Source: Acidimicrobiales bacterium (lineage in GTDB: Bacteria; Actinomycetota; Acidimicrobiia; Acidimicrobiales; Bog-793). Taken from it: DNA of 64,000 bases. This document shows positions 24,751-34,606 of the stretch, one piece after another. The DNA is taken from positions 2,595 to 66,594 of the forward strand of contig DATGLP010000006.1 in NCBI GenBank assembly GCA_035294085.1, given 5' to 3'. The notes below the pieces were generated by a model that saw only the letters and a list, made by a program, of their open reading frames with translations, was not told the DNA's origin and made no database searches. Every line of letters starts with the position of its first letter. Position 1 is the stretch's first letter. A program made the position numbers and the translations under genes.

Positions 24751-25674
24751 CTACGTCGGCGAGGCGGCGCCCACGAGCCCCGCGAGGTGCCGCCAGAAGG
24801 CGGCGAGCGCCGGTGGGTGGGAGCGGCGGCGGCGCACGGCGCGAAGCTCGCGCTCGAGCGCGGCGCGGGCCGTGGCGAGGCAGGTGATCCGCCCCGCGGC
24901 GATGTCGCCCTCGACGGCGAGGCGCGGCAGCACGGCGTAGCCGATGCCGGCGAGCACGCCGCCGCGCACCGCGTCGATCTGGTCGAGCTCGAGCACCGGG
25001 CCGCGTCGGTAGGCGGCGCCGAGCAGCTGCGCGGCGAGCGCCTCGGTCCCCGACCCGTCCTCGCGCGCGAGGTAGCGGTGCTCGGCGAGGTCGTCGGCGG
25101 TCACCGGGGCGACCTGCGCGAGCGGGTGGCCGCTCGAGGCCACGAGGACGAGCTCGTCGCGCTCGATCGTCAGCACCTCGAAGCCGTCGCACTCGCCGGG
25201 CCCCTCGATGAGGGCGCAGTCGACCTCGGCGCGCTCGAGCAGCTCGAGCGCCCGCGCCGTGTTCACGAGGCGCGCCTGGACCTCGAGCGCGGGGTGGCGG
25301 GCGACGAAGGGTGCGAGCCACCTCGGGAGGCGGTAGATGCCGACGGTGTTGCTCGCGGCGAGGCGCAGGCGCCCCGAGCCGAGGCTCCGGCGCGAGGCGA
25401 CGACCTCCTCGAGCGCCCGCAGCGCGCCGAGCACGCCGGAAGCGGCGGGCACGAGGGCGGCTCCCTCGGCGGTCAGGCGCACGCGTCGGCCGACCCGTTC
25501 GAGGAGCGGGAGGCCGACGAGCGCCTCGAGCGAGCGCAGCTGGTGGCTCACCGCCGGCTGGCTGCAGCCGAGCTCCTCGGCGGCCCGCGTGACGTGCTCG
25601 TGGCGCGCGACCGCCACGAACGCCCGCAGCTGGGCGAGCGTGATTTCGCTGCCCGGTGGAGGATCGCTTTCCAT
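24751..25674 (-). CDS. LysR family transcriptional regulator
   Basis: 307-aa ORF with N-terminal HTH LAQLRAFVAVARHEHVTRAAEELGCSQPAVSHQLRSLE. Divergent from the molybdoenzyme operon, separated by a 17-nt AT-rich spacer. Confidence 0.9.
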   Translation of the reverse strand: MESDPPPGSEITLAQLRAFVAVARHEHVTRAAEELGCSQPAVSHQLRSLEALVGLPLLERVGRRVRLTAEGAALVPAASGVLGALRALEEVVASRRSLGSGRLRLAASNTVGIYRLPRWLAPFVARHPALEVQARLVNTARALELLERAEVDCALIEGPGECDGFEVLTIERDELVLVASSGHPLAQVAPVTADDLAEHRYLAREDGSGTEALAAQLLGAAYRRGPVLELDQIDAVRGGVLAGIGYAVLPRLAVEGDIAAGRITCLATARAALERELRAVRRRRSHPPALAAFWRHLAGLVGAASPT

Positions 25675-25691
25675 TCTGAAAATTTATCCAA

Positions 25692-27314
25692 ATGAGAGAA
25701 ATGATTCGTTGGACCGTGGGACGGCGCGCCCGTACGCTTCGCTGCCCAGTGGAGGCGGCGAACGAGCGCGCGATCGCGGTGCCGGGACGCGCGCCGAGCG
25801 AGGCCGGCACGACCGTGCGCTGGGCGAAGCTGCTCGACCAGCAACGCTGCATCGGCTGCCACGCCTGCACGACGGCGTGCAAGTCCGAGAACGACGTACC
25901 GCTCGGGGTGACGCGCACCTACGTCAAGTCCGTCGACGTCGGCCGCTTCCCCGCGACCCGACGTGCCTTCCAGGTGACGAGGTGCAACCAGTGCGACGAC
26001 GCGCCCTGCGTCGCCGCGTGCCCGACCGGCGCGATGTTCCGCCGGCTCGACGGCATCGTCGACTTCGACAAGCGGATCTGCATCGGGTGCAAGGCCTGCA
26101 TCGCGGCCTGCCCGTACGACGCGATCTTCATCAACCCAGAGGACCACTCGGCCGAGAAGTGCAACTTCTGCGCGCACCGCCTCGAGGTCGGGCTCGAGCC
26201 GGCCTGCGTCGTCGTCTGCCCGACCGGGGCGATCCTCGTCGGCGACCTGAACGACCCCGCCTCCGCCGTCGCGCGCGCCGTCGGGCGCGCCGCCGTCACG
26301 GTGCGGCGCCCCGAGAAGCACACGAACCCGAAGGTCTTCTACCGCGGCGCGCACGAGGCGACGCTCGACCCCCTCGCCGCGCGCCGCCCCGAGGGCGGCC
26401 TCTTCGCGTGGGCGCTCCAGCGCGGCCGCACGGGCGGCGTCGCCGCGGGCGTCTCGCGTCCTGCCTCAAGCGCCGAGGCGCTCCTCTCCTACGACGTGCC
26501 CCACACCGTCCCGTGGGGCTGGCGGGTGAGCTGCTACACCTGGACGAAGGGGCTCGCCGCCGGCGGCTTCGCGGTCCCCGTCCTGCTCGCCCTCGCCGGG
26601 CGGCTGGGCTTCCAGGCGGCGCTCGTGCGCTTCTTCGCACCCGGCGCGGGCCTCGCCTTCCTCGCGCTCACCGGGGTCCTCCTCATCGCCGACCTGAAGC
26701 ACCCCTGGCGCTTCTACCTCATCTTCACGAAGCACCAGCTCCGGAGCTGGCTCGTGCGGGGAGCCTTCCTCCTCGCCGCCTTCGGCGCCGGCCTCGCCGC
26801 TGACCTCGGCGGGTCCCTCGCCGGCTCGGTGGCGACCGAGCGCGTCGCCGGCGCGTTCGGCGTCGCTCTCGCGCTCGCCGCAGCGTGCTACACGGCCTGG
26901 CTGTTCGCCCAGGCGACGGCGCGCGACCTGTGGCAGAGCCCCCTCCTCGCCCCGCACCTCGCCGTGCAGGCAGCGCTCCTCGGTGCAGCGACGGCGCTCC
27001 TCGCTGGCGAGGCGCTCGGTCCGGCGACGGTACGCCCCCTGCTCGCCTGGCTGGTCTGCTCGTCGGCCGCCGCCCACCTCGCGCTCGTCGGGGCCGAGGT
27101 GACGACGGCGCACCCGAGCGCGCACGGCCGCCTCGCCGTGCGCGAGATGACCCGAGGCAGCCAGGCGGTCGCCTTCTGGGTCGGCATCCTCGCCGTCGCC
27201 GTGGCGCTCGCCGCGCCGCTCGTCGGGGCGATCGCCGCGGCCTTCGCCCTCGGCGGCGTCCTCGCCCACGAGCACGCCTTCGTGCGCGCCGGCCAGTCCG
27301 TGCCGCTCGCGTGA
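25692..27314 (+). CDS. fused 4Fe-4S ferredoxin subunit (PsrB/DmsB-like) and NrfD/PsrC-like 8-TM quinone-interacting membrane subunit
   Basis: Single 540-aa frame. The N-terminal half has four Cys clusters (CIGCHACTTAC, CNQCDDAPCVAAC, CIGCKACIAAC, CNFC....CVVVC). The C-terminal half has about 8 TM helices. No stop separates the halves. The true start may be an internal GTG, since ATG 25692 has no visible RBS. Confidence 0.75.
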   Translation: MREMIRWTVGRRARTLRCPVEAANERAIAVPGRAPSEAGTTVRWAKLLDQQRCIGCHACTTACKSENDVPLGVTRTYVKSVDVGRFPATRRAFQVTRCNQCDDAPCVAACPTGAMFRRLDGIVDFDKRICIGCKACIAACPYDAIFINPEDHSAEKCNFCAHRLEVGLEPACVVVCPTGAILVGDLNDPASAVARAVGRAAVTVRRPEKHTNPKVFYRGAHEATLDPLAARRPEGGLFAWALQRGRTGGVAAGVSRPASSAEALLSYDVPHTVPWGWRVSCYTWTKGLAAGGFAVPVLLALAGRLGFQAALVRFFAPGAGLAFLALTGVLLIADLKHPWRFYLIFTKHQLRSWLVRGAFLLAAFGAGLAADLGGSLAGSVATERVAGAFGVALALAAACYTAWLFAQATARDLWQSPLLAPHLAVQAALLGAATALLAGEALGPATVRPLLAWLVCSSAAAHLALVGAEVTTAHPSAHGRLAVREMTRGSQAVAFWVGILAVAVALAAPLVGAIAAAFALGGVLAHEHAFVRAGQSVPLA

Positions 27315-30268
27315 GGCGGCAAGGTCGAGCCGTGCGCGCCCGGCGGCGTGGCGGCGAGGTCGAGCTCGCCGACCTCGCGGGACTCGTCAGCGCGGCGCGC
27401 CAGGAGGTCGAAGCCCGCGGGGAGACCTTCTACCCGGGGGCCTCTCGGGTCCACCTCGGCGCCTTCCCGCCGAGGGAGCGCTGGGACGACTGGGTGGAGC
27501 TCGACTCCCGAGCCTGGCCGGAGCGGCGCGAGCGGCGCACGATGCTCGTCCCGACGACGTGCTTCAACTGCGAGTCGGCCTGCGGCCTCCTCGCCTACGT
27601 CGACCGGGACACGCTCGAGATCCGCAAGTTCGAGGGGAACCCCGAGCACCCCGGCTCGCGCGGCCGCAACTGCGCCAAGGGGCCGGCGACGCTCAACCAG
27701 GTCACCGACCCCGACCGCATCCTCTACCCGCTGCGACGGGTCGGGCCGCGCGGCAGCGGTCGCTGGGAGCAGATCAGCTGGGACGAGGCGCTCGACCACC
27801 TCGCGCGCCGGATCCGGGCCGCGATCGTCGAGGGGCGCCGCAACGAGGTCATGGTGCACGTCGGCCGGCCCGGCGAGGACGGCTTCACCGAGCGCGTCCT
27901 CGCCGCCTGGGGCGTGGACGGGCACAACTCGCACACGAACGTGTGCTCGAGCGGCGGGCGCACCGGCTACCAGTTCTGGATGGGGATCGACCGGCCGAGC
28001 CCGGACCACGCCAACGCGAAGGTGATCTACCTCATCAGCTCCCACCTCGAGGCGGGCCACTACTTCAACCCGCACGCCCAGCGCATCACCGAGGCACGCG
28101 AGCGCGGCGCCAAGGTGATCGTCTGCGACACGAGGCTGTCGAACACCGCGACGCACGCCGACTGGTGGCTCTCGCCGTGGCCGGGCAGCGAGGCGGCCAT
28201 CAACCTCGCCATCGCCAACCACATCATCCGGACCCGCCGCTACGACCGCGAGTTCGTCCGGCGCTGGTGGAACTGGGCGGAGTACCTCTCGGCGTGCCAC
28301 CCCGAGCTGCCCTGCGAGTTCGAGTCGTTCGAGGCCGTGCTCCACGACCTGTACGCGGACTACACCTTCGAGTTCGCGGCGAGCGAGTCGGGCGTCGACG
28401 CCGCCGTGCTCGCCGAGGTCGCCGAGGCCATCGCCGCAGCGGGGACCCGCTTCTCGGCCCACAACTGGCGCTCCGCGGCGGCCGGCAACCTCGGCGGCTG
28501 GCAGGTCTCCCGGACGCTGTTCCTGCTCTCCGCCCTGCTCGGCGCCGTCGCGACCGAGGGCGGCGTCTTCCCGAACGCGTGGAACAAGTTCGTGCCGCGC
28601 CCGATCCACCTGCCGGGCCACCCCGAGACCTGGAACGAGCTCACCTACCCCCTCGAGTACCCGCTCGCGCAGAACGAGCTCTCCTTCCTGCTGCCGCACT
28701 TCCTGAAGGACGGCCGCGGACGGCTCGACACCTACTTCGTGCGCGTCTACAACCCCGTGTGGACGAACCCCGACGGGATGAGCTGGGTCGAGGTACTGAC
28801 CGACGAGCGTCTCGTCGGCTGCTTCGTGGCGCTCACCCCCACCTGGAGCGAGTCGGCGTTCTTCGCCGACCTCGTCCTGCCGATGGGCCACGGGCCGGAG
28901 CGCCACGACACCCACTCCTACGAGCAGTACGACGGGCAGTGGATCGCCTTCCGCCAGCCCGTGCTGCGCGCCGCGCGCGAGCGCCTCGGGCAGCCCGTCG
29001 CCGACACCCGGGCGGTGAACCCAGGCGAGGTCTGGGAGGAGAACGAGTTCTGGATCGAGCTCTCCTGGCGCATCGACCCCGACGGCGAGCTCGGCATCCG
29101 CCGCTACTTCGAGTCGCGCACCTCGCCGGGGACGAAGCTCGGCGTCGACGAGTACTACGGCTACCTCTTCGAGCACTCCGTTCCCGGCCTCGCCGAGGCC
29201 GCCGCGGACCAGGGCTGCACGCCCCTCGAGTACATGCGCCGCTACGGGGCCTTCGAGATCGCCTCGGGCGTCGGCCAGCGCCACGAGGAGCCGGTGCCCG
29301 ACGCCGAGCTCGTCGACGTCGCCGTCGACCGCTTCGGCCGCGTCTACACGGCCGCTCCGAAGCCCGAGGAGCGAAACATCGTCCCGACCGGGATGCCCCC
29401 GCCCGATCCCGAGGGTCGGCGCGCCGTCGGGGTGCTCGTCGACGGCGTGGTGCGCCGGGGGTTCCCGACGCCGTCGGGCCGGCTCGAGTTCTACAGCTCG
29501 ACGCTCGCTGCATGGGGCTGGCCCGAGCACGCCCTGCCCGGCTACATCCGCAGCCACGTCCACCCCCGTGCGCTCGAACCGGGCCAGGCCGTCCTGCTCT
29601 CGACCTTCCGCCTCCCGACGCAGGTGCACACCCGCTCGGCCAACGCGAAGTGGCTCGACGAGCTCGCGCACGCCAACCCGGTGTGGATCCACCCGAGCGA
29701 CGCCGAGCGCTTCGGCATCGCGGCGACCGGGGACCTCGTGCGCGTCGAGACGGCGATCGGCCACTTCGTGGCGCGTGCCTACGTCACCGAGGGCATCCGC
29801 CCCGGCGTCGTCGCCTGCAGCCACCACATGGGGCGCTGGAAGCCGGAGGGCCATCGGCTGGGTCAGGGCCAGGCCATGGCGACCGTCGGGCTCGAGCGCT
29901 CGCCGTCGAGCTGGGCGCTCAGACGCCGGGCAGGCGTCGCCCCCTACCGCTCGGCCGACGCGGACACCTCGCGGATCTGGTGGACCGACGTGGGCGTGCA
30001 CCAGAACCTCACCTTCCCGGTCCAGCCCGACCCGATCTCCGGGATGCACTGCTGGCACCAGGCCGTACGGGTCGGGCCGGCACGGCCCGGGGACGCCTTC
30101 GGCGACGTCGTCGTCGACACGGCGAAGGCCCGGGACGTCTACCGGCGCTGGCTCGCCCTGACGCGTCCGGCCGACCGGTTCTCGCCCGACGGGACCCGCC
30201 GCCCCTCCTGGCTGATGCGCCCGCTCCGGCCGGCCGACGCGGCCTGGGCGCTCCCGTCGGGACCGTGA
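27311..30268 (+). CDS. molybdopterin (Mo/W-bisPGD) oxidoreductase catalytic subunit, no Tat signal
   Basis: GTG 27311 overlaps the upstream stop (GTGA). GTG 27332 is an alternative start. FS0 motif TTCFNCESACGLL....RGRNCAKG. Candidate Cys ligand in HTNVCSSGG. About 985 aa. The N-terminus (RRQGRAVRARRRGGEVELADL...) has no hydrophobic h-region. Confidence 0.85.
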   Translation: MRRQGRAVRARRRGGEVELADLAGLVSAARQEVEARGETFYPGASRVHLGAFPPRERWDDWVELDSRAWPERRERRTMLVPTTCFNCESACGLLAYVDRDTLEIRKFEGNPEHPGSRGRNCAKGPATLNQVTDPDRILYPLRRVGPRGSGRWEQISWDEALDHLARRIRAAIVEGRRNEVMVHVGRPGEDGFTERVLAAWGVDGHNSHTNVCSSGGRTGYQFWMGIDRPSPDHANAKVIYLISSHLEAGHYFNPHAQRITEARERGAKVIVCDTRLSNTATHADWWLSPWPGSEAAINLAIANHIIRTRRYDREFVRRWWNWAEYLSACHPELPCEFESFEAVLHDLYADYTFEFAASESGVDAAVLAEVAEAIAAAGTRFSAHNWRSAAAGNLGGWQVSRTLFLLSALLGAVATEGGVFPNAWNKFVPRPIHLPGHPETWNELTYPLEYPLAQNELSFLLPHFLKDGRGRLDTYFVRVYNPVWTNPDGMSWVEVLTDERLVGCFVALTPTWSESAFFADLVLPMGHGPERHDTHSYEQYDGQWIAFRQPVLRAARERLGQPVADTRAVNPGEVWEENEFWIELSWRIDPDGELGIRRYFESRTSPGTKLGVDEYYGYLFEHSVPGLAEAAADQGCTPLEYMRRYGAFEIASGVGQRHEEPVPDAELVDVAVDRFGRVYTAAPKPEERNIVPTGMPPPDPEGRRAVGVLVDGVVRRGFPTPSGRLEFYSSTLAAWGWPEHALPGYIRSHVHPRALEPGQAVLLSTFRLPTQVHTRSANAKWLDELAHANPVWIHPSDAERFGIAATGDLVRVETAIGHFVARAYVTEGIRPGVVACSHHMGRWKPEGHRLGQGQAMATVGLERSPSSWALRRRAGVAPYRSADADTSRIWWTDVGVHQNLTFPVQPDPISGMHCWHQAVRVGPARPGDAFGDVVVDTAKARDVYRRWLALTRPADRFSPDGTRRPSWLMRPLRPADAAWALPSGP

Positions 30269-31164
30269 GCGCGCCGGCGGTCACGCGCCGGCAGGCGCCG
30301 GCGGCGGGGCGCTCCGAGCTGCTGCGCGCCCTCGGCGCGCTCTGCGAGCGACCGTCCCCCGAGCACCGCCGGATCGCCGCGTCGCTCGGCCTCCCGCTCC
30401 CGAGTGGCGAGGAGCACACGGCTACCTTCGTCCTCGAGTGCCCGCCGTACGCGTCGGTCTACCTCGGGCCCGACGGCATGCTCGGCGGCGAGGCGACCGA
30501 CCGCGTCGCGGGGTTCTGGCGCGCGCTCGGCTGCGAGCCGCCCACCGAGCCGGACCACCTCGCGAGCATCCTCGCCCTGCTCGCCGCCCTCGGGGAGCTC
30601 GAGGCGGGCGAGGCGCCCGGCTCGTCACGGCGCGCCCGGATCGCCCGGGCTCGCGAGGTGCTCCTCGTCGAGCACCTGTGGTCGTGGGTGCCGGTTTTCC
30701 TCGTCGCCGTGCGCGAGGCGGGCAGCCCCCCCTACCGGCGCTGGGCGCGCCTCGTCGGGGCGGCGCTCGCCATGCCAGCGGGAGGTGCGAGCGCGCGCCG
30801 CGCCCGAGCGTCCGCGCACCTCCCCCTCGCGCTGCGCGCGGCGCCGGCGGTAGCGGAGGAGGGTGTCGACGACGTCGCCCGCCTCGCCACCGTCGCGATC
30901 CGCTCGGGCATGGTGCTGACGCGCCGGCGCCTCGCCAGCGGGGCGGGGAGGCTCGGGCTCGCGGCACGCGTCGGCGAGCGGCGCTTCGCGCTCGAGGCCC
31001 TGCTCGCCGCCGACCGGCGGGCGACGCTCGCCTGGCTGGCGCGCGAGGCGGGCCGCTGGGAGCGGCTCCACCGGGCCGCCCCCCAGCCGCACGCGGGCAT
31101 CCGCGCCTTCTGGCAGGGGCGCGCGCGAGCGACCGCCGCCCTGCTCGCCCGCCTCGCGCCCTAG
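30265..31164 (+). CDS. TorD/NarJ-like redox-enzyme maturation chaperone with ~150-aa C-terminal extension
   Basis: GTG 30265 overlaps the upstream stop (GTGA). PPYASVYLGPDGMLGGEATDRVAGFWRALG....PDHLASILALLAALGE resembles the TorD-family core. The second half is Ala/Arg-rich and I do not recognise it. Confidence 0.6.
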   Translation: MSAPAVTRRQAPAAGRSELLRALGALCERPSPEHRRIAASLGLPLPSGEEHTATFVLECPPYASVYLGPDGMLGGEATDRVAGFWRALGCEPPTEPDHLASILALLAALGELEAGEAPGSSRRARIARAREVLLVEHLWSWVPVFLVAVREAGSPPYRRWARLVGAALAMPAGGASARRARASAHLPLALRAAPAVAEEGVDDVARLATVAIRSGMVLTRRRLASGAGRLGLAARVGERRFALEALLAADRRATLAWLAREAGRWERLHRAAPQPHAGIRAFWQGRARATAALLARLAP

Positions 31165-31200
31165 CGACGCCCGGGCGCGCACCGCCTCGTCGGCGGCGCC

Positions 31201-33006
<1,806 letters not shown>

Positions 33007-33125
33007 TTACCCACCGGGCACCGTTCGTGTCACCGCCCGTGACGGCCCTCGTCGAGCCTCGCGAGGACGGGCATCCCCGAGCGTCGGGCAGGAGCACCGT
33101 CCCCGAACTTGACCGCCACCGCGAG

Positions 33126-33147
33126 TTGGTATACCTTTGCATACAAG
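33126..33147. promoter_or_regulatory. GntR-type operator candidate TTGGTATAC-CTTT-GCATACAAG
   Basis: AT-rich box 97 nt upstream of the binding-protein gene. It contains the perfect palindrome GGTATACC. The same GTATAC-N4-GYRTAC-AA arrangement recurs at 43221..43243. TTGACC (33109..33114) lies upstream. Confidence 0.45.
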
Positions 33148-33243
33148 CCGTCCGCCCCGAGCGGGAGGGAGAAGGCCCGCCGCAGGCGGGTTGGGCAGCG
33201 GACGGTTCGCCGGCGATCGCGTGGAGTGACAAGGGGGAGCACC

Positions 33244-34473
33244 ATGTCGACCGGAGCCGTCCCGACCGCACAGTCCAGTTCGCGCCACCTCGAGCGCCGA
33301 CCGAGACGGAGGCTCGGTTCCGCCGCCGTCGCCGGCCTGGCCGCCGCACTGGCCACGGCCCTCGCCGGCACGCCGGCGCTCGCCGCGCCTCGGCGCGCGG
33401 CGCACGGCACGGCCGTCGCGCACAAGGCGAAGGGCAAGAAGAAGCGGCTCAGCCAGGCGAACATCACGGTCACGGGGAACTACACGGCCGACATGCTCCC
33501 GGCGTGGGTCGCCGAGAACGCCGGCTTCTTCAAGAAGAACGGCCTGAACGCCCAGATCGTCAACTCCTCGGGCGGCTCGGCGAGCGGCGCGATCGCCGCC
33601 TTCATCGGCAACCACGAGGACTTCCTGCTCACCGCGACGCCCACCGAGATGGCGGCGCGCCAGGCCGGCGAACCGGTCATCGCCGTCTACAACGTGCGCC
33701 GCGGCGGACCCTTCTGGATCACGATCAGCTCGAGCGTCGCGCGGGCGAAGGGCATCCCGTCGGCCGGCTCGACCCCCGCGCAGGCGAGGAAGCAGCTCGC
33801 CGCCCTGCGCCGCACCCACCTCACCGTCGCCGTGACGAGCCTCGCTGCACCCGCCTACGACTACGCGGTGGCCGTCTTCCGCCAGAACGGCGTGTCGTAC
33901 GGACCGAACGGCGACGTGACCTTCGTCCCCGTCGGCAACGCCTCGGCCCAGCAGGCCGCCGTGGAGCACGGGACGACCGACGCGCTCGTCAACGATCCGC
34001 CGACCGCCGTCCTGCCCGGCACGGTGACCATCAACCTCGGGCTCCTCCCGCCGGTCGCGAGCGCCGACACTCTCTACGCGGTGACGACCGTCTCCTTCCT
34101 GCGGGCGCACCGCGACAGCGTCCAGGCGTTCGTGAACGCGCTCACCGAGGCCTGGGCCTGGGCCCACGAGCACCCAACCCTCGCCGAGCGGATCAGCGAC
34201 GCCTACAACAAGACGATCGACATCACCGACCCGACGGCGCTCAGCAAGATCTTCCACGGCGACTACGACTTCTGGGTCGGCCCGTCGATGACGCTCGGCG
34301 GCTTCACGACGGCCGAGCGCATCGCCAACATGGGGATCAAGGGCAGCACCCTGTCGGTTACCTACGGCCAGCTCGTCGACAACGTCTTCGTCAAGAACGC
34401 GCTGCGGCAGCTGCCCGCGTACCTGCGCAACAAGCTGCCGGCATCGCTGCGCCGGGCGCTGCGCGGCGGCTAG
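33244..34473 (+). CDS. ABC transporter substrate-binding protein, NMT1/SsuA/TauA-like (NitT/TauT family)
   Basis: ATG 33244. Signal-like N-terminus RRPRRRLGSAAVAGLAAALATALAGTPALAAP. The mature part resembles the NMT1/THI5-like periplasmic binding fold. Confidence 0.7.
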   Translation: MSTGAVPTAQSSSRHLERRPRRRLGSAAVAGLAAALATALAGTPALAAPRRAAHGTAVAHKAKGKKKRLSQANITVTGNYTADMLPAWVAENAGFFKKNGLNAQIVNSSGGSASGAIAAFIGNHEDFLLTATPTEMAARQAGEPVIAVYNVRRGGPFWITISSSVARAKGIPSAGSTPAQARKQLAALRRTHLTVAVTSLAAPAYDYAVAVFRQNGVSYGPNGDVTFVPVGNASAQQAAVEHGTTDALVNDPPTAVLPGTVTINLGLLPPVASADTLYAVTTVSFLRAHRDSVQAFVNALTEAWAWAHEHPTLAERISDAYNKTIDITDPTALSKIFHGDYDFWVGPSMTLGGFTTAERIANMGIKGSTLSVTYGQLVDNVFVKNALRQLPAYLRNKLPASLRRALRGG

Positions 34474-34606
34474 ACGGCGGCGAGCCGTCCCGCGACGTCG
34501 GGCCTCCGCAGGCCGCCAGCTGGGGGAGATCCGGGGCCGGCGAGCACGCGACGAACCGGGCGCGCACGCCACCGAGCACGCCACGACGAAGGAGCGAGGA
34601 AGGGGA

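Noticed and set aside
25675-25710. AT-rich LysR/molybdoenzyme spacer (TTCTGAAAATTTATCCAAATGAGAGAA) as a third copy of the nar-region TTCTG...CAGAA box
   Set aside because: It shares only the TTCTG pentamer. The spacing (N17) and the right half-site (GAGAA) differ. It is more likely the LysR binding region and promoter of this operon.
27311-27520. Looked for a twin-arginine (Tat) signal on the molybdoenzyme catalytic subunit
   Set aside because: There are several Arg pairs, but no RRxFLK-like motif followed by a hydrophobic h-region and an AxA site. This N-terminal stretch before the FS0 motif is charged and hydrophilic.
33244-34473. NMT1/THI5-like binding protein next to thiC as a ThiY-type pyrimidine-precursor receptor under TPP control
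   Set aside because: The riboswitch is on the opposite strand and serves thiC only. The cognate ATPase and permeases are embedded in the GntR-controlled catabolic island. The operator upstream of the binding-protein gene is shared with that island.
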